Below the pieces are notes generated by a model. That model saw nothing but the letters and a program-made list of their open reading frames with translations, was not told the origin of the DNA and ran no database searches. A stretch of 64,000 nucleotides of DNA from Planctomycetota bacterium. Lineage in GTDB: Bacteria > Planctomycetota > B15-G4. The stretch lies in assembly GCA_965248575.1 (NCBI GenBank), contig CBDFJQ010000002.1:2688001-2752000 (forward strand), in the 5' to 3' direction. The position numbers and the translations under genes were made by a program. Positions 55,626-64,000 of this stretch are shown here, piece after piece (position 1 is the stretch's first letter; every line of letters begins with the position of its first letter).

Positions 55626-56115
55626 GTTCATCCACACGATCGCGCAGCGGCTTGTAGAGCTGCGCGAGCCGCTCGTAGAAACCCGTGCAGTGCACGGACT
55701 CTCCGAAGCGGACGAAGTCGTAGTGGTGGACCCACTCGTGCAGCAGCGTGTCCAACAAGGTCTTCAGGGCCACCGGGCGCGCCTGCGCCGCCGTACGCGT
55801 GAAGACCTCCAACGGCCCATCGGGGTCGCATTGCCCGTGGACCTCGTAAACCACGCGACCCCGATGGCGCCGATGCGGACGCGGCCGATCCCGCATGAAC
55901 ACCCGCTTGGACGGCAGGTCGAAACCCTCGTCCAATTGATCCACCAGATGCTGGCAGGCCAGGTGCATCACCCGCACGGCGCCCTGCGCGGCATAGTTCG
56001 CGTGAGCGCCTGAGAGAGCGTCCAGCGCCTGGATCAAGCCGGGCATCAACTGCCCCAGATGCGCGTCTTCGAAGCGCTCGCGGTCGAGTTTACGGAAGAG
56101 ACGGTCAGAGACCAT
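55585..56115 (-). CDS. SprT-like / zincin metalloprotease-domain protein
   Basis: TLLHEWVHH...SVH..GFY. Confidence 0.7.
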   Translation of the reverse strand: MVSDRLFRKLDRERFEDAHLGQLMPGLIQALDALSGAHANYAAQGAVRVMHLACQHLVDQLDEGFDLPSKRVFMRDRPRPHRRHRGRVVYEVHGQCDPDGPLEVFTRTAAQARPVALKTLLDTLLHEWVHHYDFVRFGESVHCTGFYERLAQLYKPLRDRVDELSRCARTDRDPPG

Positions 56116-56320
56116 CCGCCCATCCCACCGAACAATTAGGCCCGGAGCAACTGAAAGCGGAAGGTGCTCCCTTGCCCAAGCTGGCTACTGATGGACACCC
56201 CCCCACTGTGTTGGCGCGCGATGTTGCGCACGATCGCAAAAAGGAGGCCGAGCACGATGTCGGGCTCGTCTTTGATGATCAGGATGCCGCGTCTAGCCAT
56301 GGAGCGCATTCCGCGTGCCC

Positions 56321-58063
56321 TCAGCCCTGATCTGGAAATGCCCTCAGTTCATAGACGCTGAAGTCGTCGTTCCTGAGCACTTCCACCAGCTCGTCCGGAG
56401 AGTGCGCCACGAAGCTCTCCAGGAAACCCTGATCCGTGTGGCTGAGCATGTTGAAGATGTTGGAAGGCTCGACGGGCGAGTGCTTCAGGATCAGTGCAAC
56501 TGGTTTCACGGCCCGGAAGTGGTCCCAGACCTGCTCCTGCGACAGCTCCCCGTACTTGAAGACCTCGGGGTAGCAGAGTGACGGCCGGCCGGTGACCTGG
56601 GTCAGAGCCCGTGATTTCTTGAAGACCACCACGTCGTAGGGCTCGGTGTTCTCGCGGACCCACTGAAACACCTGTTCGGTCTCCGGGTCCGAAAGGCCGT
56701 CTGCCAAGGGGCCGCGGTCCAGGTTTGCAAAGGCTGTCGCAGCGTTCGCTGCCAGCATCAACACGACCGCCCCCAGCACCAGCCGACGTCGGCGGATTGC
56801 CTCCCCTGCGATGAGCTGCGCGCCCGTGAAGGCGTACAGGAAGAACACCGGCAACAGAGGCAGCAGGTAGCGCATCCAGGCCGAGTCCGTGGGCAGGACG
56901 AGGATCATGCCCATGTAGGCCATGGCATAGGTTTCGATGATGCCAGGGCGACAGAGCCGCAGCACGAAACCGATCACCGCCAGCAACACCATGATCGCGC
57001 CGACCCCACGCTGCACGGCACCGCTGAAACCATTGGCCCAGAGGCGCTCGAAGTTCCACACCAGCTGCTCGGCGTTGAAGGTCATGGTCGAGAACGACCA
57101 CTCCGTTGCCATCTTGTTCACGTAGCCGCCTTCGACCGAATCGAAGCCCATTCGCAAGAGCAGAACGCAAAGGGCAGCCACTCCGAGCATGACCACAGAC
57201 GAAGAGCGCAGCCGGCGGTAGCGCAAGACATCGATGGCGACCAGCGCCGCAGGCAAGACGATGGCTGCCGTACGCGTCGAGTAGGCAGCTGCCATGACGA
57301 GGCCCGCGAGGACCGCAGCCCCCCACGTCTTGCGGGGCTCGCTCGTGCCGTCAGCCCGCTCGCCCTCTTCTTCGCGCTGCCCGATGGACTGGACCTGCGC
57401 CAGCCAGAGGTAGGTCAGCCCCAGGAACATCATCTCCGAGCGCACGAGCTCCCGGAACGCGAACACGTAGGGCGAGAGCGCAAAGGCGGCGACAGCGAGG
57501 AAGAGCACCGGCGGCCTCGCGCTGAAGCGGAACGCCCTGTAGATCATGAACACCGCGAGGGCTGTGAAGAACGCGAGCACTCGCTTGATGGCCAGGATGT
57601 CGACACCGTAGGGCAGGCGCTGAACGACCGTCGGCTCTGTTCCCGGGGGCGCTGACTGCTCCGTCGCCGGAGTGGTCTCCAGATCCGTTTCCAGATGCGT
57701 CTCGAGATCCGTCTCAAGGCCCGCGGCAGAGCGCGCCAGGACCGGCGTACCCTGGGACCGTTCCAGGTGGTCTCCCCGAGTGAAGAAGTCCACCACCCCC
57801 ACCACCAAGGAGAACGCTGGTGGGAAAGCAGTGCGCTGGTTGGATGCCGGCAGGTTCGAGTCGTGCACGGAGTCGATGTCGGAGTAGGGCAAGCCCTGCA
57901 CCAGATTCCGCCCATGGGCCAGATAGGCCGTGAAATCGTCCATCCCCCACCAGGTGTGACCCGGCCGCAGGGTGAACGCATGCAACCCGAGCACCAAGGT
58001 GCACAGGATCAGAATGAACGCCGTTCCGTGACGGGTTGCGCGATGATTGGTCTGCTCGGCCAT
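56321..58063 (-). CDS. Polytopic membrane glycosyltransferase (GT-C / PMT-like)
   Basis: DD..AY after the first TM, FPPAF, RSE..F, TR, RYLLPLLP; many TM segments. Confidence 0.7.
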   Translation of the reverse strand: MAEQTNHRATRHGTAFILILCTLVLGLHAFTLRPGHTWWGMDDFTAYLAHGRNLVQGLPYSDIDSVHDSNLPASNQRTAFPPAFSLVVGVVDFFTRGDHLERSQGTPVLARSAAGLETDLETHLETDLETTPATEQSAPPGTEPTVVQRLPYGVDILAIKRVLAFFTALAVFMIYRAFRFSARPPVLFLAVAAFALSPYVFAFRELVRSEMMFLGLTYLWLAQVQSIGQREEEGERADGTSEPRKTWGAAVLAGLVMAAAYSTRTAAIVLPAALVAIDVLRYRRLRSSSVVMLGVAALCVLLLRMGFDSVEGGYVNKMATEWSFSTMTFNAEQLVWNFERLWANGFSGAVQRGVGAIMVLLAVIGFVLRLCRPGIIETYAMAYMGMILVLPTDSAWMRYLLPLLPVFFLYAFTGAQLIAGEAIRRRRLVLGAVVLMLAANAATAFANLDRGPLADGLSDPETEQVFQWVRENTEPYDVVVFKKSRALTQVTGRPSLCYPEVFKYGELSQEQVWDHFRAVKPVALILKHSPVEPSNIFNMLSHTDQGFLESFVAHSPDELVEVLRNDDFSVYELRAFPDQG

Positions 58064-58096
58064 CGTCCCCTTTTTCGGCCCGAATCGCCCTAGGCT

Positions 58097-59086
58097 TCAA
58101 CCATTCGCCCGTAGGGCGGCGATCCTCTCGTCGGCCATTTCCCGGGCCACTGCGTCGGAGGTCCGATTCTCGTCGGCTGCCCGGCGACAAACCAGCTCTG
58201 CGACGTCCCCAATGGCCGCCAGACGCTCTTCGATGAGCTGCGGCTCCCCCAGGGCGGTGGAGGCACCCACCACCGTGGCCCCTGCATTGGAGATGACATC
58301 GGGAACAGATGCGATGCCTCGGTCGTGGAGACGCCGCATGTCCCCGTCGCTGCCGAAGGGATTGTTTGCCCCACCGCACACCAGGCCGCAGCGCAGTCGC
58401 GGAATGGTCTGCTCGTTCAGCACGCCGCCTCGAGCGCAGGGTGCGAAGACATCGCACTCCACGTCGAAGATTTCCTCAAGCCCGACGCGCTCGAAGTCAT
58501 CGAAGGGGCGCGGGTCGCAAGCGATGACGTGCACGCCGGAGTCCTGAAGCATCTCGGCCAGCGGTCGGCCCACGGCGCCCAAGCCCTGCACGGCCACGCG
58601 CTGGAGGCGAGGCGACACGCGCCGCATGGAGGTGAGCACGCCTTGGGCCGTCGACGCCGACATGCCCGAACACGCGACGTATTGGGTGGCCGTGCGCAGG
58701 GCCTCGTCGTCGGCGCGGGTGAAGCCGTAGTCCGGCCCACAGCAGTAGCGCCCTCCCAGGCTCTCGATGAAGCGCCCGAGCGCCTGCACGCAAGCGGCGC
58801 GGTCCACATCCGGCTGCTGTTCCCGTGCAGGTTCCATGATGACGGACTTCCCACCCCCGCCCCGGATCCCCGCCAAGACCACCTTGCGGCTCATGGCTTG
58901 AGACAGGGCGCAGGCATCTTCCAGGGCCGCCTGCTCGTCGGGGTACTCCGCGATGCGAATGCCACCAAAGGCGCGCCCAGCCAGCACGGCATGCAGGGCC
59001 ACGAAGGCCACCATGCCCCCGAGCTCGAGCCGGTACACCTGCTCGAAGCCGTCCACGGCCAGCTGCTCGATCCCATCCATGTCCAT
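58097..59086 (-). CDS. Leu/Phe/Val dehydrogenase family protein
   Basis: GGIR, MSRK, GGGKSVI, GPDYG, VQGLGAVG, DVFAPCARGG, GGANN, PDVISNAG; GGAGG RBS. Confidence 0.9.
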   Translation of the reverse strand: MDMDGIEQLAVDGFEQVYRLELGGMVAFVALHAVLAGRAFGGIRIAEYPDEQAALEDACALSQAMSRKVVLAGIRGGGGKSVIMEPAREQQPDVDRAACVQALGRFIESLGGRYCCGPDYGFTRADDEALRTATQYVACSGMSASTAQGVLTSMRRVSPRLQRVAVQGLGAVGRPLAEMLQDSGVHVIACDPRPFDDFERVGLEEIFDVECDVFAPCARGGVLNEQTIPRLRCGLVCGGANNPFGSDGDMRRLHDRGIASVPDVISNAGATVVGASTALGEPQLIEERLAAIGDVAELVCRRAADENRTSDAVAREMADERIAALRANG

Positions 59087-59269
59087 CAGGCCCACCTCCG
59101 TCAGTGGGGCTCCACGATGCAAGCTGGACCGGAGCGTCGCAAGGCTCCCGCTGGACCCCAGCCCAGCCTCGCGTGGACCTGGGGCCCTACACGGAGATAC
59201 GGTGTGCCCATGCGCCTCGCTTCCACCGTCCGATCTCGTTGATTGCCCTCCTTTGAAGGCCCGCCTTTG

Positions 59270-60604
59270 ATGGCCCCCCGTCGTCGCCCTCGCCGCCGCC
59301 GACTGGGCTTGGTGTTGGCCCTCGCACTCGCTGCCGTGGCGTCCGTGGAGTTGGTGCTGCACCTCAAACCCACGGCCTTGCCGGCCTGGTACCGGGAGCA
59401 GTTCCCGGTCATGGGGGTGGAGTTCGTTCAGCCCGGGATCCTTTCGCAAACGCCCATCGAGGGCTACCCGGTGCCAGGGCCCCAGCGCTCCTACGCGGGG
59501 CCGCCGCCCGCAGGCCTGATCGCCCCGACCCCGCTGGTGGACCCGGCCGCCAACCCCGACCCCCTGCGTTACCCGCGGGTGGTGATGCCCATCGACGCCA
59601 AGGGCTTCCCCAACGAGCGGATCCCCGAGCGCGCGGACATCCTCTTCGTGGGGGATTCCTTCACGTTCGCCACGGGCGGCACGGACCCGGCCTGCCTGCA
59701 ACCCCTGCTGGCCGACTCGGGCGGCTGGAGCATCTACAACCTCGGCATCCCCGGCATCGGCCCCATCCGCGAGCGTTGGCTCATGGAGACCCAGGGCCTG
59801 CCGCTGCAACCCAAGGCCGTGGTCTGGTTCTTCTTCGGTGGCAACGACTTCAGCGACGTGGAGAAGACCCAGGCACGCCTCGACACCGGCGCGAAGGTCT
59901 ACACCGACAACCCTGCCTACGAAGCCGTGCCGAACTTCCTGCTGGCTGACTTTCTCATGCGCTGGTTCGACACCCTGGGTGCCGAGGAACGGGTGCGCCC
60001 ACGCATGACCTACGGCGCGCGCTTGGGACGCGGACCCGACGCCGATGTCGACGTCTGGTTCTCACCGCTCTACGTGCGTCTGATGCTCACGGACCGGCCG
60101 GGCTGGAAGCGGCGCACGGGCTGGGAGCTCTTCAGCCGCGAGCTCAAAGCCGCCAAGGCCGCCTTGGACGAGCGAGGCATCCCCATGCTGCTCGTGTATG
60201 TGCCCACCAAGGTGGAGGCCCTGCTGCCGGTGCTGCTGGAGAACGCTGCCGCCCAGGGAGCCCTCGCACCGGGCGACGCACAGGACGGCGCGTCGAGCAG
60301 CTCCCCGCTCGACCCCCTCTGGGACATGGTGACGCTCAACCTGAAAGAGGAGAGCCCCATCTCCAAGCAGGAGTTCTTCGACGCCATCCAACTCAACATC
60401 GGTGTGCTCGACACCCAGGTGAGCAACCTCTGCCGACAGAACAAGATCGCTTACTTTTCGGCGACGGCGCCCCTGCGGCAACTGGCCTCGCAGGGTCGGC
60501 TGCCGTATCTCTCCGCCGACACCCACTGGAACGATCGGGGTCAAGCAGCCTTGGTGGAACCGTTGCGAGAGGCGTTGATCGAGCTCGGCCTGGAGGCGCG
60601 CTAG
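59270..60604 (+). CDS. Membrane-anchored SGNH / AlgX-AlgJ-like protein
   Basis: N-terminal TM; FVGDSFT, NLGIPG, GGND, DTHWN. Confidence 0.8.
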   Translation: MAPRRRPRRRRLGLVLALALAAVASVELVLHLKPTALPAWYREQFPVMGVEFVQPGILSQTPIEGYPVPGPQRSYAGPPPAGLIAPTPLVDPAANPDPLRYPRVVMPIDAKGFPNERIPERADILFVGDSFTFATGGTDPACLQPLLADSGGWSIYNLGIPGIGPIRERWLMETQGLPLQPKAVVWFFFGGNDFSDVEKTQARLDTGAKVYTDNPAYEAVPNFLLADFLMRWFDTLGAEERVRPRMTYGARLGRGPDADVDVWFSPLYVRLMLTDRPGWKRRTGWELFSRELKAAKAALDERGIPMLLVYVPTKVEALLPVLLENAAAQGALAPGDAQDGASSSSPLDPLWDMVTLNLKEESPISKQEFFDAIQLNIGVLDTQVSNLCRQNKIAYFSATAPLRQLASQGRLPYLSADTHWNDRGQAALVEPLREALIELGLEAR

Positions 60605-60647
60605 CAACCCGAGGCCCAGAGTTGGCTTGGGAGACTCGTCACGCCTC

Positions 60648-60683
60648 AGTGCACGTGTAAGTGCACGTGTAAGTGCACGTGCA
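60648..60683. repeat. Tandem repeat, 3 x 12 bp (AGTGCACGTGTA)
   Basis: Two exact copies and one with a single mismatch; intergenic. Confidence 0.9.
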
Positions 60684-60896
60684 GACGCGCCAGGAGGCCT
60701 GGACGGCTCCGTTCCACCTCCGACTTGGTGACGCGCACGACGAGGGTTCTCACGACCCCGATTTCCCGCGATACACCGCCCCCCGCCTGGCAACAGGCTT
60801 CACAGCTTCGCCCTCTTGGGGAGGTGGGAAGCCATGGTGCCTCTGGGGAGGGCCTCTCAAGCGCCTATATGTTTCGTGAGGCTCGGGAGAAGAGTG

Positions 60897-61235
60897 ATGG
60901 CCAGTTTGATGAAATCACTGACAGCTTTAGTCGTGCTCGGATTGCTCGCCCTGAGTTGTGCCGAGGCTCATGTTGGATATAGCAGCGGCGGATGGATGCT
61001 ACATATCGTCGGGAAGGACGGCGCAATCATCGTGGCGGAGGGGCTGGAAGACGCCAAGAACCAGGTGTTCGAGTACGTCAAGGAGCTTCAAGCACAGGTT
61101 CCCAAGGACCAGGAAGCGATCGACGACTGGGAGTTGACGTACAGTGAGATCCTGAAGAAGAAGACGGGTTCGCGCACCGACGGCACTGCCAACAGCGAAT
61201 CCATGAAGAAGGGGAGCGTTGGAAAGCCCAAGTGA
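60897..61235 (+). CDS. Small secreted hypothetical protein
   Basis: MKSLTALVVLGLLALSC signal; stop overlaps the next start. Confidence 0.6.
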   Translation: MASLMKSLTALVVLGLLALSCAEAHVGYSSGGWMLHIVGKDGAIIVAEGLEDAKNQVFEYVKELQAQVPKDQEAIDDWELTYSEILKKKTGSRTDGTANSESMKKGSVGKPK

Positions 61236-63160
61236 TGAAACGAGAGCCTGAATCGGCACGCGTTCGTTGGTCCGCCGTTGCGGTGCTCATGATCGTCACG
61301 GCAGTGCTGGTCGTGATGTTCCAGCAGGACGCCGCCACCCCGGATCCTGTGATCGTCTCACTCGCTGACTTTGCGCGAGGGGAGCTCTCACCGGAACCTC
61401 TTGAACGAACCCATCCGACTGCGATCACGCAAGAGCCTTCCAAGCTCAACGCCGCACCCATCGGCTCGGCCGATTGGATGGTTGTGTCATTGCAGCAGAG
61501 CCTACGGGACATCGTGCAGCGACTGCGCGAGATACCAGACCAGGACCTGGATGAGTTGTTCGGCAACTACTCTTCCAGTGACCTTCGAGACACGAAGATT
61601 GGCCGCTCCCTGAGCGAGCTGAATACACGACACAGCGACCTGCACTGGGAGCAATGCCTTCAGCTAGCCAGAGAGGCTGACTCGAAACTGGGGGCGCTTC
61701 CCAATGAATCCGGAAAGCCAAATGTCACTCAAGAGATCTGGGAGCGGGCGTCGGAAGTGCTCGCCTCGACAGACGACGATCTCACGGGCGAGTGGTGCAC
61801 CACTTTAGAATCCCTCTCGTCCTCCCGTATCACGACGGTTCTTGTCTTCTTCGAACCCGGACCTGGGGATCGGGAGCGGCGCTTCTACGAGGCACTTTGG
61901 GTGGTGCTGCTCCGAACCGTTGCAACTCAAGATGAACGGGTCGGCGAACACCTGATCTACCCGCTCAGCTTCGCGATGGTGAAACAGGAAATCACGCCCT
62001 ACAACCTCTGGCGGGAAGCCACGGACTCGGGGATGACGGAGCTCACCAAGGATGTCTACATCTGGTTGGTGCTCTTCCCCGTCGAGCAAGTCGAGCCGTT
62101 GCTCCTGAGCGGCCTGCGCGACCCACGCCGCCTTGTCCACTTTGGCGCCATGGAGGCGGTGCGCTACTACGGCGAAAAAGGCCTGATCGACACGGCCTTC
62201 TACGCCCAGGAGCTGGTGGCCATCGCTATCGCCACGCCGAAAGACAGCCTCTATTACTTGGAGGCCATCGCCGCCATCGGTGAGGTCGACCCCGCCCTGC
62301 TCGATCTGGTGGCCCACGGTGTCGACGCCACGCTGCGCAACTACGCAGCCGGTTTCTATGTCGGCGAGGTCGACCCAGAGACGGCTCGTCGCGCCATCAT
62401 CTCCTGGATCTCCGACGTCGAGCTGGCCGAGGCCGGTTTCGTCGCCCTGGGAACCCTGCCCGGAGAAGCAGCCGACGAACTGCTGCACGATCTGGCTGAT
62501 GAATCTTCTGACGATCTCACCCTCGCCCGCGTCCTGCAGGCCATGAGCGGACGCGGACCAGAGTTCGCAACCGAGTTGGCAGCCGCCGTGCGCTCACGAA
62601 ATGAAACCGTGCGGCGCATGGCCACCGAAGGCCTGCTGACCCTGGCCGCAAACGGCCGCGGCACAGGAGCTTCCGCGCATCTGGTCTCGTCCGGCCTGCA
62701 AGAAGTCGCCCTGCATGACTCCAACAACGAGTTGCGGGAGCGGGCGCTGTTCGGCCTGGCGCTGAACGGATCGCCCGCAGATCAGGAGTTCCTGAAGGAC
62801 CGATTTCTGAGCGAGCCCGACTCCATGGTGCGCGCCGTGGCAGGCGGCATGGTGCTGCTGTCAGCAGGTGATGACCCAGACGAACGCGCCTGGGCCCAAG
62901 ATGTGGTGGCCGGCGAGTCGTTCCTGGTTCGCAGGGGTCTCAACGAGCTGATCGCCACCCTGTCGGACGAAGGCGAACGCAACGGGCTGCTTCGTTCGCT
63001 GGATGCCGAGGCAACCCCCATCCGGCTAGCAAGCGGGATCATCGACGAGAAGGCCATGGCCAAGAACCCGTTGAGCACCCAGCTTGCGATGATTGAGTCG
63101 GTGAAGAGCGCGCTCTTGGGGTGGGAGGAAGACGCCACGGCGCAGCTGCTGGTGAAGTAG
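61235..63160 (+). CDS. Membrane-anchored HEAT-repeat-like protein
   Basis: N-terminal TM; VRRMA..GL, LRERALFGL, VRAVA helical repeats. Confidence 0.7.
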   Translation: MKREPESARVRWSAVAVLMIVTAVLVVMFQQDAATPDPVIVSLADFARGELSPEPLERTHPTAITQEPSKLNAAPIGSADWMVVSLQQSLRDIVQRLREIPDQDLDELFGNYSSSDLRDTKIGRSLSELNTRHSDLHWEQCLQLAREADSKLGALPNESGKPNVTQEIWERASEVLASTDDDLTGEWCTTLESLSSSRITTVLVFFEPGPGDRERRFYEALWVVLLRTVATQDERVGEHLIYPLSFAMVKQEITPYNLWREATDSGMTELTKDVYIWLVLFPVEQVEPLLLSGLRDPRRLVHFGAMEAVRYYGEKGLIDTAFYAQELVAIAIATPKDSLYYLEAIAAIGEVDPALLDLVAHGVDATLRNYAAGFYVGEVDPETARRAIISWISDVELAEAGFVALGTLPGEAADELLHDLADESSDDLTLARVLQAMSGRGPEFATELAAAVRSRNETVRRMATEGLLTLAANGRGTGASAHLVSSGLQEVALHDSNNELRERALFGLALNGSPADQEFLKDRFLSEPDSMVRAVAGGMVLLSAGDDPDERAWAQDVVAGESFLVRRGLNELIATLSDEGERNGLLRSLDAEATPIRLASGIIDEKAMAKNPLSTQLAMIESVKSALLGWEEDATAQLLVK

Positions 63161-63173
63161 GCCGCGCCGCGCG

Positions 63174-64000
63174 CTACATCGGCCGCAGCCAGCGCTCCCA
63201 AGGGTTCTTGCCCGGGAAGATCAGCCGCTCGGGCTCCGGCGCCAACAGCTCGGCGATCTCCTGCTCGATGCGGAAGGCGCACTTGAGTGTCACGTTCGCC
63301 ACGGCGTGCAAGGCGTTGGCGTCTCCCGGCCCCATGACCAGCGCCAGGCTTCGGCCGTCATTCGAGTGCAACACCACCCGGGCCTGCGGCGTCTCCATCC
63401 CGTACTCACCCAGGCGCGAGGGGTCGAGGACGCGTTCCCAGGGAGCGAGCCGCAGGAACGAAAGGTAGGAGATGGCGAGCACCGGGTTCACCGATTGCTC
63501 CTGGCCGTCCGGCGGCACGAGCACCCAGCGGATGCCCGAGCTCCCCATCGCCGCTTCGGTGGGAGTGACCTCCGTCGTGCGCATCGCCAGCGCGTAGCGC
63601 GTCCCGTCCGAACGCTCCACGTCGACACCCACCACCGTCCGGCCGTCACCGGGGAAGGAGGAGGGCACCAGGCTTGGCTCGAGCATCGGCGCTGTGGCCG
63701 CACCCGTACCGGCGCGACTCGGGCCGCCCCCATCCAGGACCGCGCGCGGGTTGGTGTCCACTGCCCAGGTCTTGTTGTCACCGGACCGACGGATGAAGCA
63801 GCCGTCGACGCTCGTGCGCGGCAGGCCCACCTCCACTTCGAGCCGCACGTCCCGATCGGGGTCGCTCATGAGCGCCGGGCCGTGGAATTGAAGCACCCAT
63901 GTGTCGTCGGTGCCGAACCCGTACTCGCTGGCGAGGCTGGCATCCTGGCTCTGCACCACACCCCGGGCGTCACGCACCGTGTTCAGCAAGTGCGTGATGC
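63174..64000 (-). CDS. DUF4340-like domain protein (5' end outside the window)
   Basis: Two xEYG(F/M) motifs (LASEYGFG, LGEYGMETP); frame stays open to the window edge. Confidence 0.55.
   Translation of the reverse strand, partial: ITHLLNTVRDARGVVQSQDASLASEYGFGTDDTWVLQFHGPALMSDPDRDVRLEVEVGLPRTSVDGCFIRRSGDNKTWAVDTNPRAVLDGGGPSRAGTGAATAPMLEPSLVPSSFPGDGRTVVGVDVERSDGTRYALAMRTTEVTPTEAAMGSSGIRWVLVPPDGQEQSVNPVLAISYLSFLRLAPWERVLDPSRLGEYGMETPQARVVLHSNDGRSLALVMGPGDANALHAVANVTLKCAFRIEQEIAELLAPEPERLIFPGKNPWERWLRPM

Noticed and set aside
57672..57720. LETD/LETH 12-bp coding repeats (and the GRIT duplication near 40976-40999)
   Set aside because: Short in-frame slippage duplications in linker regions, with no sign of function.
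59087..59809. N-terminal extension of the dehydrogenase ORF
   Set aside because: Antisense to the SGNH gene; the RBS and family similarity point to a start at 59086.

Overview
High-GC bacterial DNA, most likely Planctomycetota (inferred from a DUF1580-type HTH gene, an ECF sigma/Ser-Thr kinase pair, an FGE-sulfatase-domain protein and Cys-rich secreted proteins). Left to right: (1) a glycan locus with two sulfotransferase-like domains, three GT2 domains, a flippase, a radical SAM enzyme and a large PA14/LamG secreted protein (1-10.9 kb); (2) L-rhamnose catabolism genes, one with a frameshift (11.2-16.9 kb); (3) three direct-repeat 3' fragments of tRNA-Gly(CCC) (17.65, 21.97, 34.21 kb) marking tandem islands. 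The last island is an apparently intact 12.3-kb satellite-like integrative element (integrase, HTH, excisionase, primase-helicase, type ISP R-M enzyme, HEPN protein) whose integrase gene is split by its own att site; (4) secreted Cys-rich proteins, a probable selenoprotein hidden by an in-frame UGA, an ECF/kinase pair, an RRM-CHAT protease next to an alpha/beta-hydrolase, and envelope/housekeeping genes (34.3-64 kb). Best candidates for new biology: the RRM-containing caspase-like protease/hydrolase pair, the att-split integrase that gains a new C-terminus on excision, and the Sec-thioredoxin-HMA lipoprotein. All family calls come from reading motifs by eye; no searches were run.
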